Source: Chrysomallon squamiferum
Taxonomy: Eukaryota; Animalia; Mollusca
Assembly (NCBI GenBank): GCA_012295275.1
Contig: CM022665.1
Span: 3,472,001 to 3,536,000 of the forward strand
DNA length: 64,000 nucleotides
Reading direction: 5' to 3'
Shown: piece after piece, positions 1-12,165 of the stretch
How the letters are laid out: each line of letters starts with the position of its first letter
How positions within the stretch are numbered: the stretch's first letter is position 1
The notes under the pieces: generated by a model
Seen by the model: only the letters and a program-made list of their open reading frames with translations
Databases searched by the model: none
What the model was told of the DNA's origin: nothing
Translations under genes and position numbers: made by a program

Positions 1-100
1 ACAGGTGTAGAGATTTAATATTAACTGATTCTGCTGCTGATCTGAATATCAATACCTTTAATTTAATTTAATTATTTTATTTCTTCCTTAAATTTGTTTA

Positions 101-134
<34 letters not shown>

Positions 135-784
135 TTTATTTTTTTTTTTAAAGACTGAACAGGTTAACAGAGTAATTTAATACACTGTTACTGTTACATA
201 TTTTATTAATATAGTTAGCATTGTTGCTGCTGATATTTTGACAGTTATCACATTATTTTAACAAATTTAAATAAATGTATATTACATTCATTTATTCAAA
301 CCAAAGACAGGTGAATAATCCAAGTGACACCATCTTTATTTTCTTTCTGTACACGTTCATTAATTTAAATGTTTTTACATTGCACAGTCTGACTTCTCTC
401 AGACAAGAATGACAGAGTGATGTAAGATTCGAAAATATCTCATCCGAAGATTACACTTGTTTATTCATCGGCAAACATGCATTATTTAAAACATTTCTTT
501 TATTTATTTCATAACATCCAAATCAACACGATATATTATCTTTTTGTTTGTTGAATAAAGGTCTTCTTCAATTTCCTTTCTGAATCGTTGATAAAAACTA
601 AGTAATCTGTATATAATTATGTTTTTATTCTTAATGCTTTTCATCTTTTTAAGACTTACAAAATAGGATTTCTTCCTTTGAATATATTTAATATCATTTT
701 GAAGATTATGTACACATAATTAAAGAAAAATACTTTTTTTTTCTTTCTATAAACTGATATGTAAACACATGCACACGTGAACAG

Positions 785-807
785 ACACACACACACACAC
801 ACACATG

Positions 808-860
<53 letters not shown>
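785..860. repeat. (CA)n microsatellite
   Basis: Directly visible. Confidence 0.95.
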
Positions 861-864
<4 letters not shown>

Positions 865-1029
865 ACCAAATGTCATATTGCATCAGATTATTTAATATCA
901 TATTACATCACACTAAAAATCCTACCATATTAATAATAATACAAGAAGAAATTCTCCACATAAACCTTTTTCCTTTTCTTTGACTTTGATTTGTTGTATT
1001 GTAACAGATCACATTAAATCAAATCAAAT

Positions 1030-1330
1030 CATACCATAAAATACCACATTATATCTCATCACCATATCTCATCGTACCTTACTAAATAATATTAAACCAT
1101 AATATCGTAGACCACATCACGCTGTACCATATCATAGCATCACATAACAACATACCTCATCATACCACACTAAACCATGTCATACCATACCGCATCACAT
1201 ACCATATCACAGTACCATACCACATCACTTCACTTATACCACATTACTCTACACTATATCATATTACCTTACACCAGTGAACTACATCAGACCGTTATCT
1301 ACCACATCAAATTATATCTTACCATACACA
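1030..1330. repeat. Degenerate pentanucleotide (ACCAT/CACAT) microsatellite
   Basis: Recurring ataccac/atcacat/accatac units. Confidence 0.7.
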
Positions 1331-1354
1331 CAACAAACAGTCACACATAGTCAG

Positions 1355-1391
<37 letters not shown>

Positions 1392-2289
1392 CAAACATCT
1401 ATTAGATATTTATAGATAACAGTACATTCGGTTCCTGGCAGGGAAATTGGTGTAATCGTTGCACTATTTCTTTCGAGAAAGCTCTTTGGCATTAAAGTTG
1501 ACAATATTCAATTACTGTCTCATCAGCACTTTAAATCGTCACATTAGGCCAAGGTCACGACAGTGAACCATATTACCTGACAGTAGCTGCAGCAGGAATC
1601 AGAGTATTAAGGTTTCATAAAGCTGGATTCCCACCTACATGTGTCTAACCCAGTCACAGATAAACCAGCTGTCTGTCGTTGCTATAATTACAAACACAGG
1701 CAATCTCGCTCTCACATACGAATCAGGCAAAACAATAAAATGCATGCACTGTTTATGTGTGTTTCTAAAATATACAGAAAATCTTTCTTTCTTATAATTT
1801 TTTTTTTTTTTGGATGAATCTGAGGGTCTGCAAGCAAGAAATTCAAGAATTCCATAAAGCTTTTAGAAGAATCTGGTAAGCGTTTTTTTTTTTCTCTTTT
1901 TTTTTTTTTTTTACAAATAATTATAATTGTTATATTTTTTGGTTAATATATTATTTAAAGGAAGAAATTTTTTTTTTTTTTTTTTTTTTTAAATTACTCA
2001 TTTGTCATATTTTGATCTATGTTTATATGGTATCATATTTTATTTAAAGACTATTCAGACAGTAAGAGAGAAAAACCTGTTCCCACTATGCAATGGGCTA
2101 TATTAACATTTTGAGTCAGCAACAAGAAATCTTTTAAAGAGATCTTCCCACAGACAGGAAGCTACATACCACAAGCATTGATAAAGTAGGCTAGACCTAG
2201 AATACTAGGTTAACAGAAAATGTGTGTACCTTACTTTAATAGTGTGCATTCATTAATAACCTGTATGTTATGTACAATGCAAAATAGAA

Positions 2290-2700
2290 AGATGCTTGTA
2301 CTGCGAAGTAGATTTTCTTAGAATATGGCTGCATTGGAAGATAGCTTTTCTTAGAATAAGACTGCATTGGAAGATAGCTTTTCTTAGAATATGGTTGCAT
2401 TGGAAGATAGCTTTTCTTAGAATAAGACTGCATTGCAAGATAGCTTTTCTTAGAATAAGACTGCATTGCAAGATAGCTTTTCTTAGAATAAGACTGCATT
2501 GCAAGATAGCTTTTCTTAGAATAAGACTGCATTGCAAGATAGCTTTTCTTAGCAGATGGTTGTATTGCGAGATAGCTTTTCCTAATTAGTGGCTTTATTG
2601 CAAAACAGCTATTTGTTTAAGCAGGTTGGTTATAGTGCAAAATAGCTTTTCTTAGCAGGTGGTTATACTGCAAGACTGTTTTTATTTTGTAGATGGTTGT
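2290..2700. repeat. 33-bp minisatellite, about 12 copies (GCATTGCAAGATAGCTTTTCTTAGAATAAGACT)
   Basis: Near-perfect copies at about 2330-2550, degenerating on both sides. The unit length is a multiple of 3, which explains the three periodic ORFs. Confidence 0.95.
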
Positions 2701-4275
2701 AAGTCAAGTTATTCATATGACTGTCAGTTCAATCTCAGAAGAATACTGAGCTAGAGACTATATATCAGTGCTAATTCATATACAGTCACAGTAGTGCCAT
2801 ATTTAGTTACAGACAAAAATTGTTTTTAAATCTTCAACAGTAGACTGATTATGAACCTAACAGAAAAAATAGTGTCATGTCTAGTGCAGAAGAGTAAGTT
2901 CACCATCAGAACTGTAATCGGCTTTAGACCACACATTTTAGAAATTTAATCTTGTGTTGTATTTTCATTTTATAAAAGAGAATATTATGACATTTATCCG
3001 CATAATCTTATTCTCAGGACGTTGTTTTGCTGAAAATGAACATGAATGGTATGACAAAATGGGCTATGAAAAACAGCATGGGCAAGTTAGGTTGTGGTTA
3101 AATCTTAAACTGAGAAATGAACAGCTTGTGGTTAAAAGGTTAAACCAAATATAAACCTCTGTCATAAAGGCATTTATTTAAAAAAATTGTAACTGTGTAT
3201 TGTAATAAGTGTGTGAAATATCAGATTAAAGCCTGGATAAACAATTCAGCTAGCCACAGTATCTTGATTAGATCTCTTCTTAGTAACTTGCTGTATTAAA
3301 TGTTATATCTGTGCACGTATTGTGTGAATGTATTGTGTTTATATATTGTTCATCTATGAGTGAGTGTGTCTATGATCACGTGTGTGCGTGTGCAAGTGCA
3401 TGTGCATGTGCATGTGCATGTCTAAATTGTTAATCATGACAACAGTTTTAATTATTTGCAAAGAAAGCTTATTAGTAAGAAATAAAACGATCACTTGCCA
3501 GTTTCTGGGCTGTCTATTCCTAGCAATTACTGTTTCTCTTACAACTGTGACTTGGTAAGCAGTAAACCTAAGATGTAGGTTTAACTGCTGTGAAGCAATC
3601 AAATTAGCTGAAAATATCAGATGATGATGATTACTTCAATGATGTGGGTGGAAATACGATTTGCAGTTATTTTTAATAGGTTAGAAAGAAAAAAAGGAGG
3701 AGGTAATAGTGTTTTTATATCTTTAATTAAATCAGTTCACAACTACTTTTAATTAATTTAAATTAAAAAAATTATAAATAATGTAACAACAGTATCAGAT
3801 TAAAGAGAATTTTTATGTTGTTTTCTTTCTTCTTCTTTTTTTTTTTTTGTTTTTTTTTTTGTTTTGTTTGTTCTGTTTTTTAAATTAAATGTGTGGGTTC
3901 AGTTCAGATTTCTTATCTCTCAATGGCTTCTATCATCATCATTGTCATCATCATTATATTATTATTATTGTATTTTTGTTTAATGTGTACAAGCAAATAC
4001 AAACAAACACACCCCCAGTGTATACACATTCACTATTTATATACATCACATTTATTTGCTTTCTCACCTACAAATACTCATCTAACCACCCACCCAGTTT
4101 CTCGTACATGTATCTGACATTTTGAAGAAGTGTACTGTAAACAATAAGTCTACAGTTCATGAGTACCTAAATGTTTATGTTAATATTTAAAAGAAATGTT
4201 AACATAGATCAATAATTGTCAAATTATAAATTATAATTATGAATCTTCCACATTTGTAACTTATGTTTGGATTGC

Positions 4276-4317
<42 letters not shown>

Positions 4318-5547
4318 TAATTAATTTAAACAGCTAATTAATTTGTTAAATGGTCAGATACTCATGTCAAATTAAAAAACAAGATAAGAAAGAAAATATA
4401 AGTAAAAAAAAAAAAAGAAAAAAAAAGACAAGACGTACTTGGATATTTTATTAAATCACAATTTATTTTTGACAGTTCGTGATAATGACAAGTCACCATC
4501 TATTACCTAAGTAGCTCTGTCTCTTTATTTATAAATTAATTTTATTTTTTGTTTCTCAGTACCTCAAGTTTCCAATCAGTTTGGCAGAGGAATGATTTTA
4601 ACACCAACATAAAAAGTGTAATAGCATGTCTGGCCAATGTGTCACTTGTTAATCAATGTATAATAATAATAAAAAGGTTTATGTTTAACATTTAAAATTT
4701 ATTGGTGTACAACAGCAAAATCTTTAAAATCAACTGTTTACTTTACATTACGTTTTTATCTTTGATCATTGTAAGTGCTTAAATATACCAATACAATAAA
4801 AGTAACAGTTAACTTAGTGATCAGTATAACGTGATGACAAAGAGAAAATTTCAAATGGCATTTGACAGTTTTTCAGAATATGACACATGTGGGCAGATAT
4901 TTTCATAAAAAGTTAATAACCTTAGCTGTATGCAGTGATAGAGAATAATAATAATGAAACCAGACTTCTAAAATACTAGCAACCAGAACTGGACTTCTAA
5001 ACAAAATCTAATAACAATAAAATATCTGTGTCATCAGCATTATACCATCTAGTCACTCAACCCACATTTCACATCCAAAAAACTTACTTTTCCCCATCCC
5101 TAATGACAAACAGGTGAGGGGAAAAAAAAAAAAAAAAAAAAAAAAAATAAAAGAAGGATGATACAGAAAAGAACCAGTTTTATTCATCGATCACCTGCAA
5201 CAAGTAAAGAACAAAGTTCATCTCTGGAAGTTTGACCATGACATAGAGAATTAAGCTTTCTGTTTGTGACCACAGCCACAAATACCACATGTGTGTGTAC
5301 ACACATCTACTGCTGTAACAAAGTCAGGAGTGGGCTGGTGTGACCTAGAACACACAGCAGACAAAATGCGTAGTAGAATTTGAACTTGTGCATGCCTCGG
5401 TGAATACTGCGATCTGTTTGTGAATGGTGAGCTGCACTTTGTGACTCGAGATAAAAAACCCACAAATTTCCTGGGGCACACTCAACTTTTCAGAAATATG
5501 GAAACTTGTACAAATCTACATTATGTGTATAAACACATGTACGTTCT

Positions 5548-5608
<61 letters not shown>

Positions 5609-6052
5609 CAGTGTGTACCAAGGCCTCTGACAGATATGATGCACACACACATAAAAACAAGCAATTTGTGTGATTAATTAACAATCAATCTGTTACGCAT
5701 TTCCCAGGTAAACAGATTTGATAAGTATACATTGTATGTAGATAAATCATACATGTCGGGCCAGGTTCTGACAAGAAGTTATGAACAACAAGGTCAATCC
5801 TAAATTTCCTTTCAGTTACATCAGTGTATTAGTCAACAACATGTCTGAATATAAACAATAATAATAATGATAATCAAAAAGCAACAAATTGTTTGAAGTT
5901 GTGGGATTTGGGGTGTTTTAAAAAAAAAAAAAAAAAAATCTGCTGATGGATTATATTATTCATCCTTGTTTTTCTTCTTTTGTTCTCGTTTTCTGATCTG
6001 ATGATAATGAACTTTTTATTATCATCTTATATATTTATTTTTCATTACTCCC

Positions 6053-6099
<47 letters not shown>

Positions 6100-6163
6100 T
6101 TTTTTTTTTTTTTTTGTCCTGTCTGCATTTATTTATTCATCTGGTTTTTCATTTTGTTTTTAT

Positions 6164-6196
<33 letters not shown>

Positions 6197-6939
6197 CATG
6201 TTTTTATTCTTTTCTTTATCCATTCATTCATTTAGTTAGCTAATTAGGTTTTGGGGGTTTTTTTTTTTTTGTCTCTCACTTTTATTGCTTTACATTTCTT
6301 TATTTCAATATGTGTTCATTTGGAAGTAATCTAACTTTGCATGCAACAGTAAAACAAAGATACTGAATTGATCTTTACCAACTGGTCTTTCAGTGTGACA
6401 ATAAACAGATCTTGTGCTGAAGTAAATATTCAAGATGTTCTAAATTTTAAACCAGTCCACTCCAACCCTTCATGTAATTTAATAACACGCTTAGCAATGC
6501 ACCATATGTTGATGATGATTCTTGTTAAATATAACCAAAGCGTATGTACTTTAAAGAAATGTTTATTTGATTCATGTTGTTAGAGTTAGCACTGCAAGTG
6601 AGGACTTTCAAAATAACCTCATCTGAAAAAAGAACTTCAGTACTCACTCTTAAATTAGGAAGTTTAATTTTCGGATTTGTTCTATTTTAATGATGATGGC
6701 ACTGTTATTTGTACCTTACATAAACACAAAGGTTCACACTGGCTGGCAATGTTACAGTAAATCAGTGTTGCCTCTAAGAACAAATTACACAGTGTTGGCA
6801 TAATCTCACTTTTTAATGGCTTACAGAATGTCTACATTTAATCTGTTGTTGATGTGAAATGGGACGAAAACCAAGATTCATGTCTAAATAGGCAATAGTT
6901 CAATACTTAGTGAGCAAACCTAGCATGTTACATTGAAGA

Positions 6940-7130
6940 AACTAAGGCATGATATGCTACAAAATCAACTGTTAGCATGCAAAGCAAAGGTATGATATGT
7001 TGTAGAATCAACTGTTAGTGTATAATCCTAAGGTATGTTATCTTGCAAGAAGGTAGGGTTGATGTGTAAACCTAAGATGTGTTATGTTGCAGAAGCTACA
7101 TTTAGTGAACAAGCCTAAAGCATGTTATGT
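6940..7130. repeat. Degenerate tandem repeat of about 43 bp, 4-5 copies
   Basis: Units such as aaggcatgatatgctacaaaatcaactgttagcatgcaaagca / aaggtatgatatgttgtagaatcaactgttagtgtataatcct. Confidence 0.75.
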
Positions 7131-8153
7131 TTCAGTGTTTTTCTCTGTGGTTTTTATGCTATTTCCTGTTCTAGTCTTGTCTCCAACAAACAACTGGTTT
7201 GCTAAAGTCAGTGAGCTGATAAAGATTACAATATTCAGTGCATGTTTTCTTTGTCACATATTACATAAAAACCTTGTGCCTGATTCCACAATAAAATGTT
7301 TCAAGGTATTGTTAAACAGCATGCATCATTGTTATCTAGTTAAAATTATAAATACAATTTTAGTGACAGAAAAATCATCAAATTCAGATCTACATTTAAC
7401 TACAAATGTGTTAAAGAAGCAAAACAAATCCAAAAATAAAAATAAAACAGTTTTAAACCATATCCATTGTATCATCATGGTTATTATTCTTTGTATTCAC
7501 TTCCAAGCCAAACTCTTTATCCTTGGCACACAATCCAGATAACTGGAATTTCATCCAACATCTTATTAGAGAGAAAAACCAGAATGTTTTCTAATAAGTC
7601 TTCTTCGTTAGATGAACAAAACAAAACAAAAAATAGAGAATTGAGGTCAAGGTGACCGGTGTGTATTCCAGTGACTGACTAAGGTGAACCAGGAAGCAGT
7701 ATAATTAGAAGTAATCAAAACACATCTGTGTAGAAAAGAAAATAAAACCTTAAAGATATAAACAGATAATGTTGTTTCTTCACAAGTAATTATCTTCTCT
7801 TTGTCACAGAAACGATAAACTCGTGTTCATTTTATTTTATATATATATATATATATATAAACTAAAATGAACACGAGTATAAAGGCAAATATAAAACTTT
7901 TTTTTTTTTTTTGTAGGTTATTATTATTATTTATTAATGTACACACACACACACACACATTATTATTATTATTATTATTATTAGAAAGGAAGACAGTTTA
8001 TTTGAAAAAAACACAATTTTAAAATTTTATTTCAGAAAAAATTGATAGATGGATGGATGGATGGAAGGAGAAATGGATGAATTACAGATAATCTTCAATT
8101 TGAATAAATATATATATTACATTTTCTCCTTTTATTTTTCGCTTCTTAAATAA

Positions 8154-8207
<54 letters not shown>

Positions 8208-11200
8208 TGAAAAACAGAAAAGCAGATTTTAAAAATTTTAATGGGAACTAATATATTCACCACCATTAACATCCGTTTCACATTTTGTTTCATTCTGCTG
8301 CCTACCTTCGGAATTATGGAAATCTTTTGTGTTGGAACTTAAATTCAGTGAACTTAACATTCGTGCTGTGAGAATACACAGTACAGCATTACATATGTTT
8401 TTCACCAAGTAACCTCACAAGATGTTAATCACACAACAGTTTATTATGTTCACTTCAAAAGGTTCTTCTTGTACGTGTGTGTTCATGCCCCTGGGACACA
8501 AACTAAGATTAATTTCCAAGTCAGTGCAAACTGTCAAGTCTGGGCGATGACCACAAAGTGAAACGAAAACAAGGAAACTGCAGTACAATAAAACAAATAC
8601 AATAAAATAAATTAACACTGCAGAGTCGGTTATTCAATTTAATGGGCACATTTACTTTTATTATGTTTGTGTTTTTTATTTAGCTAGACAGACAGACACA
8701 GACAGACCGAGATACAGACAGATACGTACTGCTTTTAACCAACCAGATCTTTCTGTAATATATGTTGGATTTTCTTCTTTCTTTTTTTTTGGTGGGATGG
8801 GAATGGGGTTGGTTTTGGGTTCTTTTTTTGGCCCTTTAATTTAATTTGTTTTTGTTTTTTTGAGTTGTTGTTTTAATTGAAACTTAGTTTAACACAAAAT
8901 TTAATAATACGTTATAGATCTACATTTAATTAAATACAAGAATTAATAAACAAAAATCATGCAAGGAAGACAAGATACAATTTGGAACAATAAATAGCTT
9001 CTAATTGTATTCATTAAGTTAAAAGCAAATCTCAGAGTTTCTTAACACGATAACATGCCTTACATCATTAGCTATTTTCAATACTTGGTATGTATGACAA
9101 ACACATTATTTAAAAGTGTTCTTATATATATATATATATTTCAACAATTTATACTGGCAATAACAAATCTAAACTTATTGTCTGCCAGAAATTTATATGG
9201 ATACTAAAGATACACATTTTTAAATGACAATTTAATACAACCTTCTTTAGCCACAATAATTCATGATAAAATGAATACAAATGAATACATTATAAAATTT
9301 CACCAATAACCACAAATATGTGGGACATTTTAATGACACATTTACCTTCCCCACCCCTTTAATGCTATTGTCACAGCCAAGTAAACCAGGCTACTGGCAA
9401 GGATGACTGAATATAATCACTGAAGCAAGTAAAAAATGAAGCTTTGGTGACAGCTACGCATTTGGAATCAAACAGTGAATGTGACAGTGGTTTGTCTTTT
9501 TTATGATGCAGGACCTCACCTTGTATTGTTAGCAGCCATAATAAAAGTATTCATCACAAGTCAGGGTGGTTAGCTTAGCATGTGCACAGTGATACAGCAA
9601 CTATACAGGGCATTTTCATCTATCGTTGCATGTCAAACAACCATCATAAAAGGTATTCATGTTGTGATGCTACATACAAAATTCACTCTATTCATCTCTC
9701 TTTCAACACACATCCACTCTTTCTCTCTTTCTCACTCTCATACATTTAATGATGAATGTACTATTAAGGGCATTTTTTCGTCTGGTTCTGTGACAAGTTA
9801 GAGACATGTATGTCATACAAAATATCAATAATAACAGACATTCGTAACTAGAAGTATACGAAACATGTTTACATTTAGTGAGATGGCAATTATCGTTATT
9901 GTCAAGTCATAGCACCTAACCTGTTGCATGCCAAATATCCATAATAAAGGGTATCCATCATAAACAGTGCATTAAACTTATTACAAAAGAGTAACAGAGT
10001 GATACAGCAATATTAAGGTGTTTTCTTACTCTGTGACACGTCAAACAAACCTATTGCATATGAAGCAATAATGAACACACTGCCCAATGGTGGAGATCAT
10101 CTGCCCGCCCAAATTCAGGCAAAGCAGATGGGAAAACGTAGGCAAAGCAAGGAGAAATTGATTTTTATCTGTGTAAAATTGCAGAGCAAATCAAACCATC
10201 TGCCCCCTTTAATCAAAGAGATCCACACACCCGTGGAAACAACTGTGGTAAAACTGTTCACTTATAACTGGCATGATATCTCTTCTTATACGTATGTTAT
10301 TACCATTGAAAAGGACTTCACTCTACTCTGAAGGAATATGATGTCACATTTTTATAGAATGCTCTGGTTTTGGTTGGAACAATTCGGCAAATTTTCACAA
10401 CTTCAGACTGGAAGTAATTTTAATGAAAATAATTTTTAGCTTTGGTAATTTTATTAAATTTCAACAAATTAATGTCTGCAGTGTTTATTAAAGATATCAT
10501 TGTGTATAATATATTTTAATATTTTAGCTTTTAGAAAATGTCAGTGATTACTTTTTTTCTTTTCTTTCTCATAAAGGATAGATGCATCATTATGAGGTCA
10601 ATCCACTGTAGGTTGTAACACATATACAGTAACATACAAACTATTTAGGGGGAAATTTCTATTTGTATAAAACTATGCCTAACTGTAACTGACTGAGTCA
10701 TAACATCAGGATACTTAAATTATAAAACTAGTTACTGTGATTACAATATCTTGTTTCATTCTGAAATGTGTCAGGCAAGAATTATGTCCTTTTGTGCTTC
10801 TGTTCACTTAACAAGAAGTTAATTTTAAACTGCAACAAATGAACATGCTTCAAATGTTTCCGATTTCAGTGGGTACAACAAGATTTATGTGATGCCTACC
10901 ATCAAAATAACTACAACTCAGTATATAATCAATTAGTAACATTACGATGAGATGCAAAGATAAATATTTATCACCAAGTCACCTGATTCAGTTCATCCAA
11001 AGAATCTTACTTACTTCTGTGTTATTTCACTGATTATTTAGATACTCATCTTAACACTAACGATATATTTTATCATTTACAAGTAAATCCAACCTTCTAA
11101 GCTGTCCTTACTTGAAATTAATTAATTATGATGGATTTTCTGTCTTTTTTTCTTCTTCTTTTTTTATTTTTAATTGTTGCTGTTTTCATTCTTTTGCTTT

Positions 11201-11439
11201 GTATTATGCTATTTGCTTTATTTTATTTTGAGTGGGGTTTTTTTCAAGTTTTGCTTCCATAAACTTTTCCAAAAATGCAACTGAACTGTTTCAAAGACGT
11301 TTCAGAAACGTATTTCAAAAACATTTCATTTCAATTTTATGGTGGATGAATATATTTTCACAAACATTTACTTTTGTATTTGTATTAAAACTGAACGCAT
11401 ACAAATTTCATCTCAACAAAAATCTGTGTAACATAACGA

Positions 11440-12050
11440 TACGGGATGGGTATGTCTAGCTTCCTTTGTGGTTGCGACTCATCACTTTGTGATCAACCAC
11501 AATTTGGTCTGTTACCAAGATGAACGTGTTCTTCTTATTCCCAGCCACTGTGGTTTGCTATTCCATATGCATATATATACTCGAATGTATCAACGGGATG
11601 GTCATGTGACTAACGGTCACAAGGTCTAAGAAATTTTTGACCAATCAAACGGTAAGATGTGTTAGAATACCATCAGCCACTCCTAAATACCAAAGCAGAA
11701 CAATACTTTCAAAACTTTTTTTTTTTTCAGTTTGTATATTGTTCCTGAATTTATGTATGCTAGGAGAAAGGGGGAGGTCTCTCTTTTTAAAAAAAACAAC
11801 AACAACAACATAAATACATTTTCAATGCCAGACAGAGATAGCGATTTGGCGGTCAAACGAAGCTGAAGAAATGCGGCTGAAAAAGCTCTCATGAGAGAGA
11901 AAAAAACAGGAAAACCACAAAAATGTAGAGAGCCACAGTTAACACCAGGAGACTTAAGATGTTCGGTATATACTAAAAACAAAGAAATAGGTATTCATCA
12001 AAGAGACACGCTTGCTTCCTTGACAAGTTTGGGATATATAATCGTTTTTT
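11440..12050 (+). promoter_or_regulatory. Candidate distal Runx promoter or enhancer inside the Supt3h intron
   Basis: About 15 CpGs in about 620 bp versus about 2-4 per 600 bp in the flanks (hand count). Runx sites TGTGGTT 11467-11473, AACCACA 11495-11501, TGTGGTT 11549-11555, AACCACA 11913-11919. GTCATGTGAC M-box 11601-11610 and GACCAATCA CCAAT box 11639-11647. Confidence 0.5.
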
Positions 12051-12133
12051 TTTTTTTCCTTTGTCATTCTTAAAAAAGCAAAATTAGGTTATGGACTTTT
12101 GAATTTGAAAGCTCAGAAGGTTGGTGTTACTGC

Positions 12134-12165
<32 letters not shown>

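Noticed and set aside
2236-2589. Periodic ORFs (MQSYSKKSYLA repeats) and a CRISPR-like look
   Set aside because: Head-to-tail 33-bp tandem repeat with no unique spacers and no cas genes, in a eukaryotic intron. The open frames follow from the unit length.
7084-7655. 152-aa and 62-aa ORFs
   Set aside because: No recognisable domain, AT-rich codons, and the first starts inside a tandem repeat.
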